A stretch of 61,644 nt of DNA, counting the filler, from Dimargaris cristalligena (taxonomy: Eukaryota), in the NCBI GenBank assembly GCA_003614675.1. It is 11 parts of 11 records of this genome, joined end to end, with 100 filler letters (N's around TTAATTAATTAA, not from the genome) between each part and the next. Parts side by side here need not be neighbours in the genome. Positions count along the whole stretch, not along the records: positions 11,283 to 16,816 come from ML003616.1; positions 16,917 to 22,433 come from ML003618.1; positions 22,534 to 28,045 come from ML003619.1; 8 more parts are not named here. One strand, 5' to 3'. The notes beneath the pieces were generated by a model, which saw only the letters and a list, made by a program, of their open reading frames with translations, had not been told where the DNA came from and made no database searches. Shown here in pieces: positions 12,462-23,560 of this stretch. Made by a program: the position numbers and the translations under genes. Numbering within the stretch: position 1 is the stretch's first letter; each line of letters starts with the position of its first letter.

Positions 12462-13091
12462 GTGTACATATCCCAATAAAGATGATTACGGGTAAAAATT
12501 ACGGCAGGATAGGCAATGTAAGAGGGTGGGACGGGAAGAAAAAAATGCAATGACAGGATGGTAAGGTAACAGTGCGACGCAGGCGTGAATGAGATGGAAT
12601 AGAGGGTTGGAATACAAATGAAGAGGTGCAAGTACAAATGGACGTGGACAATCAAAGAATACAGTGGGGCGCGGAGGAAAAGGGGGGGGGCACATACAAG
12701 AGAAGAAGGACGAAAGAACGGATGCAATGGAATGCAATAGGTGAGGTAGAAGAGCTAAACTATGCGAGCATGGATGAGTAGGAAGTACAGTATGGGGCTT
12801 TGCTGAAATGAAGAGTAGGGTAGGGTAGGGTTATACAGCCGTGGAAATACATGGGTGCCTAAATGTACGACCGAGGCGATACTAATAAGGAAATACACGG
12901 ACAGAAACGGGTATTGGTATTGGTACATACGAATTCCCGAAGGGTAGAGGGACCGGGGTGGTATTAGGCGCACTTCAACCGAGACCGATTAGACCTGTTC
13001 CAATAATTCAGAGTCGGGAAAGTCGGCCGGATCCGAGGTTAATCACGGGGAAGGTTGGGGTTGATGAGAAATGGCAAGACCCACTGGTTAT

Positions 13092-15602
13092 TTAAACCGA
13101 GATGTTCAGCTTGAACATATCGTGCTTAAGCTTCTGCATATCAGCCTCATACCATCCCTTCACCGTTTCATTGCCGTAGCGCCGCCAAATATCCACAAAC
13201 TCCTTCATCAGGGTCCGCAATCCGTAGAGGTAGCCAAAGTCAGGGCCGGGGCACTCGGATTGGTACGGACAGTAGGGTACATCGGCCTGGATCTCACTGT
13301 AGGGTGCCGCCCGCTCACGCTCCTTGTGTAAGGGGTGGTCGCAAACTGCAGGGCGCACTAGAGTTGGGCGAGCGGGCTCGTCGGGATCCGTCACAAAAGT
13401 GCAGTGGGTGAAATCGATAATGCGAATATCAATGGTGGACGTGGGCCGGGACCCGGGACCGGAAGTTGTGGAGGCACCGTTGGATCCAGCATGGCGCTTG
13501 GGGCCAGATGCTGAGGTCGATAAGGAAGGGCGGGGGCCGTTCGATCCCGACTTACCTGTCATCATCCCGGTCGGAGTCCGGCGGGATATAGTCGACGGGG
13601 AAATAACGTTGAGACCGTCGTACACAATCAGGAGACTGCTGGCGTAGAAGCGGAAGCCGTGGATGGACATGACCAATCGATAAAGATCAATCAATTTGCG
13701 GAGCAGCGTCGGAATGTGGTGAACTACGATTTCCTCCCCATTGTCCAGATATTCGAGCAGAGACCGCTTAAACGTCTTGTCGTTCAACGAGCGCCCGTAG
13801 TACTTGTCCTGAAACAGGAACCGGCTTTTCTGGGTTTTGTACACCTGCATCCCACACATGCGAACTCCGAGAGATTTGCTGGTCGTCATGGCGCACTTTT
13901 TGATCTTGTTACGCCGCTTGGCCTCGGTGGCATCGATGCCGTGCTGGCGGGTGCCCATTTTGAGATCTAGAATACAGGGCCGGCGCAGACCATTCGTAAG
14001 ATCTTCCAACAGGATAAACTGGTGGACATTGGGGTCTTCATTCGGGTGCTTCTGAGGGTCAGCGTTGGACTTGGCCTCAACGAACCGTCGGGTACATTGG
14101 CGGGCCCAGTCTTCCTGCGGAGTGCTTGTAGCAGTAGTGGAGACAGAGCGCCCAACCCGGGACCCCCCCACACTAGAAGGAGCCCGTGAACCCCCGAACC
14201 GGGGTGGGGTGGATGGGGGAGACAGGCCAGGGGTAATGGTCAGCGTCTCCTCCATAACGAAGGGGTCTTCTCCGGAACCGGCGGCGCTAGGCATGGGACT
14301 GCCGCTCAGGGAGGCCGCTGGGGGGGTCAAAGGGAGAGTGACAGATTTTCGGTCGTACAGCGATGACGTGGGTAACACGGGGGATAACCCAATGGCGGGA
14401 CCCAAGGCGGATCCGTTAGGGAAGACTGGGCCCCGGCGGCGATAAGCCAGGATGGCCTTGGGGGTCTCCAGGGTCAGGGTCTGGATAGACTCCACCCTGG
14501 CGCCCGGTCCGTCCGTTGGGGTACCCAGGTGCTTGTGGGAGATGGGGAGGGATAGCCGGGCTGGGGTAGTGGTGCTCAGGGTCCGGAATTGCCGGGTGAG
14601 TTCGGACTCGACAGGGTAGGCAGGGGAGTCGGAATTATCCAGGGCCGAGCCGGGGGTGGTGGCGGCATTGGTGGGGGAACCAGGCACGGAATCGTCGGAG
14701 TGGAGAATCAGGGATAGCTCATTGGCGGAAATGGCGCTGGTGCTAAAGGGCTGGGAGGAGCCGTAAGTCGGGTGGGCATCCCGAACATGCTGGGGTAGAA
14801 CCCTTTTGCCCAGTAGACCGCCATTCATGTCAGTCAAGGAGTGACGCCGCCGGTGACGGGGCCCGGTGGTCGCTTGGCGTTTTCGGCGGTACAAGGCATA
14901 GAGGGCCTTGGGCGAAAAGGCTTCCTGGAGCACCTGTTCCTGCTGGGCGCGCCACTCCTTAGTCAGGGTAATCTCCGGCTGCGGGTAAACGGAAGGGGAG
15001 GTTCGGGACGCGGCCCAGGGGAGGTGTTCCACGAGCCAGGGGGGAAGAAGGTGCATATTCTGCTCGAATACAATCTCCGGTTTAGGATCCGCGGCGTCAG
15101 CGGGACTCGTAGAGGAGTGGGGATCATCCGCTGAATTACGATTGGATGTTCCACCGTTGAAAAAGGTAACATTGACAATCCCCAGATAGCTCGGCAAAAA
15201 GCGGGAGAGGGCAGGCCGAATGGCATCAACGGACTCGTAGAACTGGCGTTCGCGTTCAACCAGGGGTTTACAGATAGCCTTGTCCGAGAAGCGTAGAATG
15301 GGCGAGTGACCACCGACCTGGTTGCGGTAGGGGAGCAGGGGTACCGTCGGGAGAGCGGCCGTCAGGGAGCGAACGACGGCCGACTGCGGAGGATCCTCGG
15401 TATCCCAGTCCCAGTCGTCGGGGTCACTGGGGTCGGAGTCGGAGAGGTGCCCGGGCAGGGCGGGCGGGACGTGCAGCGTGGGAACCGGGGACGCGTCGGT
15501 TAAGCGGTGGTGCAGCGAGTTAGACGCCCCCAAACTCCCCACAGCGAAGGGGGTATTATGTTGGTGGTGGTGGTTGTGGTGGTGGGACACCGGGGCGATC
15601 AT
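13092..15602 (-). CDS. KCS1: Inositol hexakisphosphate/polyphosphate kinase (Kcs1/IP6K), intronless; true start uncertain
   Basis: QVGGH...[22 protein letters not shown]...PCILDLKMG (PxxxDxKxG), [36 protein letters not shown]. Confidence 0.93.
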   Translation of the reverse strand: MIAPVSHHHNHHHQHNTPFAVGSLGASNSLHHRLTDASPVPTLHVPPALPGHLSDSDPSDPDDWDWDTEDPPQSAVVRSLTAALPTVPLLPYRNQVGGHSPILRFSDKAICKPLVERERQFYESVDAIRPALSRFLPSYLGIVNVTFFNGGTSNRNSADDPHSSTSPADAADPKPEIVFEQNMHLLPPWLVEHLPWAASRTSPSVYPQPEITLTKEWRAQQEQVLQEAFSPKALYALYRRKRQATTGPRHRRRHSLTDMNGGLLGKRVLPQHVRDAHPTYGSSQPFSTSAISANELSLILHSDDSVPGSPTNAATTPGSALDNSDSPAYPVESELTRQFRTLSTTTPARLSLPISHKHLGTPTDGPGARVESIQTLTLETPKAILAYRRRGPVFPNGSALGPAIGLSPVLPTSSLYDRKSVTLPLTPPAASLSGSPMPSAAGSGEDPFVMEETLTITPGLSPPSTPPRFGGSRAPSSVGGSRVGRSVSTTATSTPQEDWARQCTRRFVEAKSNADPQKHPNEDPNVHQFILLEDLTNGLRRPCILDLKMGTRQHGIDATEAKRRNKIKKCAMTTSKSLGVRMCGMQVYKTQKSRFLFQDKYYGRSLNDKTFKRSLLEYLDNGEEIVVHHIPTLLRKLIDLYRLVMSIHGFRFYASSLLIVYDGLNVISPSTISRRTPTGMMTGKSGSNGPRPSLSTSASGPKRHAGSNGASTTSGPGSRPTSTIDIRIIDFTHCTFVTDPDEPARPTLVRPAVCDHPLHKERERAAPYSEIQADVPYCPYQSECPGPDFGYLYGLRTLMKEFVDIWRRYGNETVKGWYEADMQKLKHDMFKLNISV

Positions 15603-15637
15603 TGGAATCACAATGCCGTGCTTGGGGGTAAAGTAGT

Positions 15638-16816
15638 CCTTGGATATTGTTTACTTACACCCTCCCCACCCACGCCCACCCATATGTATTGACTTAATTA
15701 GCCATTTTCTCAACCGTTGGACATCCGATGTCCCGAAGCTAATCAATTGTCGATTGAAGGAGAAGGGCCGCACCAGAATGGCAGTGGTGGAGATATCAGG
15801 GTTGGGGAACAATTTCGGGTTAGGCTAGAGGAGGGATTTCAGGATTTGGGGGATTTTCTGGTCTTTCCAAAGGAAAAGGTTGCGTAGAGCAGGGCCGCTG
15901 CTAAAATGCCTAAAGTTAAGAAACCCTTTGGATGTAAAAGGAGCGTGGTCCAGCGAAGGACAGGGGTATGCGTATCGGGGATAGGATACGTTCAAGAAAA
16001 AGAGCTACTTAGTTCTCCCTGGCGGTACTCATCCAACCCGGCGGTGTATGGTTAGCGGGCGTGACTGCTGTCTGAATCTTGGTTTCCCCAGACGAGTTAT
16101 TTGCGGAAGAAGGGGAAAAGGGCAGTTTTATGTGGTAATGGTCGGTATAAATTGTCCATCTGATTCGTGGGATAGAATTGCAGGCATTATATGAAAGGGA
16201 GGTGAATCACAATCATCGTGCATTTGCCCCCTGAAACCACTGGAGCCCCTCAAAAAGATCTGGTTGGGCAATATATACGACCTTGACCTTATGCCCCAGT
16301 CCCCTCTCAAGGGATTTGTGGGTCCCGCTTGATTATAGCACAGCCATTTAGGCCCAAAATCCATAATAATATATATATATACAGATCTTTTTTAACAAAA
16401 TAAAGCGTTTCATTTCATTGTGCGTAAGGGAGAACAGGCCTTTGCGATCTTGACGGGATTGGTAGAACAACATACCTATATTTATTTAATACACTTTACA
16501 TGTGGTGGGAAAATCGATGCATGTGTTTGGTGACCACGAGACTGGGACTAGGCCCTGGTATTATTGGTGGATTGACGCATTTCGCCCTTCTAGGACGAAT
16601 CAAGAGATTAGAACGAAAAATCCATTTGGGAGAAGTTCATTCAGGCTGTATAATGAAAAATCCATTGGATAAGGCCAATATTACTGGTTAAAAGTTATTC
16701 TCACATATATTCGCCCATACACGTATTATGTAAAACCTTATACAGCCAGTTTGAATTTCTCCCATTTGATGAGGCAAATACTACTGGTTGAAAATAAACA
16801 TCCCACCGATTTTCCC
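15638..16816. repeat. Right arm of the 1179-bp inverted repeat
   Basis: Reverse complement of 11283-12461. Confidence 0.97.
16628..16763 (+). mobile_element. 136-bp MITE (family M) nested inside another M copy; mirrored at 11336-11471
   Basis: GGGAGAAGTTCA...TGAATTTCTCCC with ATTT duplicated on both sides; the flanks rejoin as M-internal AAATCCATTT|GATGAGGC. Confidence 0.85.
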
Positions 16817-16916
16817 NNNNNNNNNNNNNNNNNNNNNNNNNNNNNNNNNNNNNNNNNNNNTTAATTAATTAANNNNNNNNNNNNNNNNNNNNNNNNNNNN
16901 NNNNNNNNNNNNNNNN

Positions 16917-17029
16917 GGATATCAATGATGCTCGGCCTTATTAGGGCCGGGGGGTACAATATGGCGCTATATGGCCTAATATGACGGTGGTTATATCGGT
17001 TGGATTAGGACGGATTAGGGGGGGTGACA
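16917..17029 (-). mobile_element. LTR (family A) fragment at the contig start
   Basis: Ends GGATTAGGGGGGGTGACA like the copies ending at 20366 and 52603. Confidence 0.75.
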
Positions 17030-17159
17030 GATCCAACAGGGAAATTTAGTGGGGCATATATGCTGAATAGTTGGACTAAAGAAACTAAAACCAACGATGG
17101 AAACCTTACTGGTTATGGATCATAAAAACCTACAGTAGGGAAAAATTGATCCATCTGCT

Positions 17160-17607
17160 AAACTGTAATCGAGAATAGGTAACTGTAATATAATAATATT
17201 GGACAACTGGGAGACTGGAAGACTCGTAGAGTGGCGGTATTCCCAAGACTCCTAAACGCCGGATATCGATGGGATATAAAACACTCTGTGGTAAAAGATT
17301 AGTTGGTGTAATTCCGAAAATAAATCCACCAGACAGCTGGACATTTCCAAATTATAGTAAATAATAGGATGAATGATATACTAAAATGACACCTCATAGC
17401 AGGCGATGATTGTGAACAAAATCACCATCAACATCAACTACGACTGGTTAGTGCACCATCAAAATGTAACAAAAAATAATATAAAATAAAATAATTGGAA
17501 AGCGGAAGAAAAGGAAAAACAACTCATGCAAAGAGAACGAGAAAATGACATCCCTAATTACTTACAAGGAATGAACATACTAGTATCCGGCGACCTTGAA
17601 CTTGTCC
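17160..17607. repeat. Dispersed repeat of about 450 bp, inverted partner of 19059-19497
   Basis: Reverse complement aligns with 19059-19497 (e.g. ggacaagttcaaggtcgccggatactagtatgttcattccttgtaagtaa). Confidence 0.8.
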
Positions 17608-17751
17608 ATATATTGGTTATACTTTGATCTCCGACCGATGCCAACGCATATGTGATCAAGTTCCCACTGCCCATCGCAGTAAATTACCATCCATAGACCG
17701 GAGCCTGTACGTCGGGTCAAATTCCATTCGGATAAGGTCCTTTATAAAACA

Positions 17752-18743
17752 CTAGTTGACGCGCTGGGGAAATTGTATAAACACCTCATCGAGTGCTAAA
17801 TATTCCTGAGGATATCGTCGCAGATGTTTAATTGCCATCCCACCCCACGAGCTACCCATGCGCTCCAACGTCAAGAGCTTAGCATATTCCCAGTACTCGG
17901 GATAAAAACCGCTATACTCCCAGTTCAGGACGGCTTGGATCACCAGAGTGGTTGGGTCTATAATGATGTTGCGGGGGAAGAGATCGTTGTGGGTAAGGAC
18001 CACCTTATGGCTATTATCACCAAACATTCCCTGGAGCAAAGAATAGACGTCCGGTTTGCCAACGACATCAGAGATTCCTTTAGATAAATTATCATGAAAG
18101 CTAGCCAGTGACATACACTTGTCGGTAACAGGTAATGAGTTTCCAACGACGGGGCCAACCGCATTGTTAGGCGACACGCATGTTTGTAAACGATCCACGA
18201 TATCGCGTAACTGCATACCTATACGATCCAGTTCATCGCTGTTTAGAGATTCAAACACAGATTCGAGGGTAACCCCGGGCACATGGTCCATCTCTATGAC
18301 AAAACCATCGTCGGCTGATTCGTATGCTCGGATGACCCGCGGAACTGGGACACCCACCGAGCGAGCCATATCCATCATTTGGACCTCATGCTGTGTCACT
18401 CGGGAACCCTTCTTAATCACCACGCCGTCGTCGGATAATAGAACGGTCGCACCCGCCTGCTTGGCAAGTAAGATGGTATTATCCTACATGTTTAATGGGT
18501 ATTTAATGTAAATAGTAATAGATAATTCACAATGCCGGCGATATATTGTATACTTAATACCCCTAGCAGCAATAATGGAGCTCACCACCCTCTCGATTTA
18601 GTGGAGTCTATCAATGAACCAATTAGATGTAGTATTCTAAGGTGTGGCAGAGATAGACTTACAGAACCGGCCGCCTTGTTGAGAATGCGCTTAGCGTTTT
18701 CTGCCTCGATTTCGGAAGCAGAGAGGGGGAATGGGTTACCCAT
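17752..18743 (-). CDS. APH/choline-kinase-like phosphotransferase; first exon 18743-18663, main exon 18483-17752 (splicing inferred)
   Basis: VIKKG...EVQMM...VPVPRV, IEMDHVPGVTLE, VLTHNDLFPRNIII (Brenner motif), VLNWEYSGFYPEYWEY. Confidence 0.8.
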
Positions 18744-18917
18744 GCTGAATACAATTGGCCGTGTCGAAAGTGGAGTAAGCGCGTGTGGGGGGGTTGGAAA
18801 GCAGAGAAGGAGTCAGAGGTCGGTGTAATGCAATAACCTGGAAATGGAAGTTAGCCAACGGCAAAAAGAAATGGAGGCAGTTGGGTGGGAAAGTCAGAAG
18901 GCTTAATAAGATGATAT

Positions 18918-19054
18918 GTGCGAAATTCGACCCGCCTGTATAAGTCTTTAAAGTATATATGTATAGGAAAATAAGTGCGTGGATATATTTTTAAGTAGTA
19001 GTATTTACCACAACTAATCATTTTTTCACTATACAGCCCAACTAATCCTTTCCC
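18918..19054 (-). mobile_element. Diverged MITE (family M) upstream of the kinase-like gene
   Basis: Reverse complement aligns to the other M copies over 137 bp; ATAT on both sides. Confidence 0.7.
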
Positions 19055-19058
19055 ATAT

Positions 19059-19497
19059 GGACGAGTTCAAGGTCGCCGGGTACTAGTATATTCATTCCTT
19101 GTAAGTAATTTAGGGATGTATTTTTTATGTTCTCTTTTCATGGGCCGATTCTCCTTCTCTGCAGTTTCCAGTTCTTAAATTTTATTATATTTCTTGGTAC
19201 TATTCAATGGAGCTATAGTCAGTCGAAGTTGGTGGTAATATTGATTCGGGTTCACAATAATCGCCCATTTTAATGAGCTATTTTAGTATATCATTAATCC
19301 TCCTCTCTGCTATGTTTAGGAAATCCCCATCCGTCTTGTGGATTTCTTTTTGGAATTACCTTGACTAATCTTTTATTATGGATTATATAATATACCATTA
19401 ATGTCTAGTGTTTAGGAGCCTTAGGAATATTGCCATTATAAAAGCCTGCCATTCTTCCAATATTATTGTATTTCAATTACTTATTTATAATTATCAG
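19059..19497. repeat. Dispersed repeat of about 440 bp, inverted partner of 17160-17607
   Basis: Starts GGACGAGTTCA after ATAT; outer end runs into LTR-A sequence. Confidence 0.8.
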
Positions 19498-19499
19498 AC

Positions 19500-20631
19500 T
19501 AACCAATCCTTCTTAATCTAGACACCTAAGTATCTGCCTTTATTAGGCCTTATTAACCTTCCCATAGTTACCCTCAGTACTATGGGATTATCCTATATTA
19601 TATAGCCCCTCCCCTTTTGGACTCTGCCTCTTAGTACTAATCACTTAGGTACTGATCCAAAGACTCTTCTAGTTGCCACCAGAGTCTTCCAGATACTAGT
19701 GACTATCTTGTTAACTTATTTACTTATACCTTAGACTTAGTAGTATCCTACCCTGGGACCTCCTTCTGGAGTGATCCCTATATATATAAAACTGGACCCC
19801 AGTGTTACCCAAGTTAACCACTCTTAGTCTATCAAGAGTCTTGGGGATAGGCTTCTAATAATAGGCAGGGCTTTGGACATGGCCAAGTGGGCTACTAGCA
19901 TCAGGAGGGGCTGTACTAACTAAATAAAGCAAGTGCAAGTTCCGTATGTAGGGGTGTGTGCAACAATGCATACTTACTAGTCAGTATATGTGGTGAGCAT
20001 ATATAGGAGTTTATTGGGTAAACTAGGGGGTAAGAATAAGCTAAGGAACCTAACCAGTCCCAGTGGGGCCCAGTTATATATACATGGGGGACTACTCCAG
20101 AGGGAGGTCCCAAGGGGAGGTTACATAATTAAGTTAATAATAAGGAAAGACTGGGTGGTCCGTGTACAGGGAGGCTTCCATGGGAACTGGAAGAGACTTA
20201 GATCAACAAAGGAGTGATTAGTGCAAACTTTGAGGGGTCCAGTTGGTAAGGTAATATATAGTGTTTGATGCCCCAATAGGACCAGGGGTATCCATGGGGT
20301 GTTTAATATGGTACTATAAGGCCTGATATAGCAGTTGATCATTAGGTCAGATTGGGAGGGGTGACACCCATTAGGGCCAGTTAGATTCCTTAGCTTATTC
20401 TTACCCCCTGGTTTACCTCTAATAAACTTTATATATACCCACTCCCCTATACTGACTAGTAAGTGTACCCACTGCACATTCCTTATCTATACCTATACTT
20501 AACTTTTATTAGTTAGTACTATACATATACCTAACACTAGTAGCCTGCTTAGCTGAGACTAAGCCCTACCCACCATTAGAAGCCTATCCTCAGGATTCTT
20601 GATGGACTAAGAGTGATTCACTCTGGTAATA
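19500..20631 (+). mobile_element. Older LTR (family A), split by a nested LTR at 19803-20366
   Basis: 19500-19802 and 20367-20631 are consecutive parts of an LTR-A copy in the opposite orientation to the insert. Confidence 0.7.
19803..20366 (-). mobile_element. Solo LTR (family A), 564 bp
   Basis: TGTTACCC...GGGTGACA termini; near-TSD CCCAG/CCCAT; homologous to the LTR attached to the gypsy pol at 35544-36123. Confidence 0.88.
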
Positions 20632-21201
20632 ATAGGTAATTTCTAATAAGAAGTAGTTTTATGGTGTTATGTGCCAAATAAGAGTCAAAGGGGATAGAGT
20701 ATAATTAGCTTATTGAATAGTAATATTATATAAAGGAACCACACAGAACTATGGGGAGGGGGGTTGTTAGATTTATAAATAACCAATGGGGGCACATCTT
20801 CCTATTCTACTAGTTATTACACTAGTCCTTTTATTAGCCAGGCGAACCATTGCAGTATGATGAGTACTAGATGCCTAGGGATACTGTATATCTGATACAC
20901 CAGCACAACAATAGGATGTGCTAGTTAAATGCTTAGTCTTCTCACAATCGAGGTTTTTAAAATCTAATCTATCAAATGAGGTTGATGGCCTAGCAGCCAT
21001 GTAAATGGCGGGTGGGAGGTCTGCCCATTAAGACTCTAGGTAAATAGCCTCCCCACAATACCCACAAGGCTTAAGTTTTAAAAACTTTAAGGGAGATTTG
21101 AATAGAGCACTTTAATGTCAGTTGTATTTTCAGGGAATCTGTGAATCGGGAACTAGCATTGGCATTGGGTTCTGGGGCTAGCCTTTGATTATACATAATA
21201 T

Positions 21202-21337
21202 GAGAGTAGTTCAATAAGGCTGTATAATGAAATGTCCATTTGATGAGGCAAATACTACTGGTTGAAGCTTAACATCCCACCGATTTTCCCGTACACATAT
21301 CAGCTTAAACCTTGTACAGCCGAGCTGAACTTCACCC
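21202..21337 (+). mobile_element. 136-bp MITE (family M)
   Basis: GAGAGTAGTTCA...TGAACTTCACCC with ATAT TSD; close to the copy at 9084-9219. Confidence 0.85.
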
Positions 21338-23560
21338 ATATTGTCAATGATAATTATCACAAATGCAAACGGATAGAACATGTGAATGTATTTGAAATTT
21401 TGGAAATATAGCATGCCGGAAGAACATTATTGATAGAGGAAGAGACCAAACATGAGCTTGTAGAAGTACGAGGTTTGGAGCTAGTCGACAAGGACTAGAA
21501 TAGCCATACCAGAAAATTGTTTGATAACCCCATGGTCCTACGCCAATTGGCTGTGTACAGAGGTTCTAATAATACAGAGGGACTGCAACCAATCCTACTA
21601 ATGGCTATAATGTAACTAAGGGTGTCCTTTTTGGTGTCTACCGAAGGTGAGTCGGGGTCGACTGCAATTCCATTAGGGGAGAAGTAGAACACCTTACGAC
21701 CTGGGGAATAAAATCGAGATACTGTGGCTAATAAAAAGGCCCTGTAATATATAGATAGGTGTGTATATTGAGAGGAGTTTACATGTCTCGCAGCAAGAAT
21801 ATGGTTTACACTGGAATAGAATTAACTAAATAACCGGTCTGATAGCGGGCAGCAGCTTTAATATAGGCGTAGTTATTAAAAGTGGGGAATTAAGATTATA
21901 TTAAAAGTTGGGAGGAAAGCGAGAGGGAAGCTGACTCTATCTTGTGCCCTAGTGATCAGTGATAGAGGAAAAAAGGTCCCCTGGCCATCCGATAATAGTT
22001 TATAACCATAGTAGGAATTCACCGGAAAGCTATGCTTATGATATCAACAGCCTAATAGCTCTTTTTGCGCCAAGAGTCCCAAGATTTAGTTTCTTGCACT
22101 AGCGGAGGGGCATGTGGGGTCTGTACGCACATGAGTGGTAGGATTGGGGGATACTAAACAATATAACCAAGAAGTGATATGCGAGATATAGTTGTTGTGG
22201 CCGGGCCTGCTTAAACTCTAATAGCATATCCCGGCCAAACTATTTTTAGTTTAGAAAAGATGAAGAACATCGCCAAATATCAGTCTTCATCTTTTCCCAC
22301 CCAGCTATAAGCCATTCGATGGCTAGGCCGTTTTTCCATATTCAATATTCAATATTCAGTATTCATAGTTCTTACTCATAACTCGAGGATCATTTAGTTA
22401 TAGGAGTCTGGGGAATATCCCCAGACTTAGTACNNNNNNNNNNNNNNNNNNNNNNNNNNNNNNNNNNNNNNNNNNNNTTAATTAATTAANNNNNNNNNNN
22501 NNNNNNNNNNNNNNNNNNNNNNNNNNNNNNNNNATGGCCCCCTTATATGGATTTTACCCTATATAGTCGGGTTGAACTTTACCCATATGAACGTATCCCA
22601 AGTGCCCACCTCGCATGGTGTACGTATCCACTATAATTGGTGTAGTGTTTTTGGCTGTGTTACAGCAGGTTGCCATTCCAAAAAAAAAAAAACGAACAGA
22701 CAATAGATAAGGGTGCAATACCCCCTTAGCTAACCATTTTCCCCTTTCTGACATTCCACAGGGCACTGGTCTGGGCCAAAGAATGAAAAGTCAAGTTCCG
22801 CTGTGGCACACCTCACAGTCGGGTTATTCATCCGAGTGTTATATATGAGTCCATAGAATAGTTCCACAGAAGAGCGCGGCGTCCGCCAATCGGATTTATG
22901 ATAGAAGGGAAGGGTAAAATGAGAGGGGTGGTACTAGATATATAGAAGCGCACTAATATGGGGTATTGGCAAGGGGCGGGGAAATAATGATGATATATGT
23001 ATATAATGAACATAAGCTATAGGTTCCCAGGGGGACGACAGTAGAGTACTAATATGGACCCTAATAAATGTCCCAAAATTGGACACTTGCGCCACTCCCA
23101 GATGTAGAGCATTCTGGGGGCTGGCACTAAGCCGTTCATCACTATGGCCCACATTCCTACTAATAAACCCAGACTCCTGGACTTGCTAGTCCGATCCTTA
23201 TAGATACCTGCACAAACACACCACGTTTGCCGATTCCATTATGACAGGGGGTATATTTAGTGCTAGTGCACCTGTCTAATTATTGACCAACCCAGTCAAC
23301 TAGATAATACCTCTCTATCATCATTGGCCTAATTTAACGAAATACGAAGGTTGGGTAGCGCCGCCATTTACGTTATCGAAATGGCCTGATGCACCGAATC
23401 TTCACCACCATAGGACTGGGCACTAGCTATTCAGTTGTGTTCATTATATTAAATTATTTCATAGCGAAAGTCCACGTCTTTACAGAAATCATAGATAGCA
23501 CAAATCTCAACACAATGTCGTTAGGGTATTCAATTGATTAGTATATTACAATAAGTTGAC

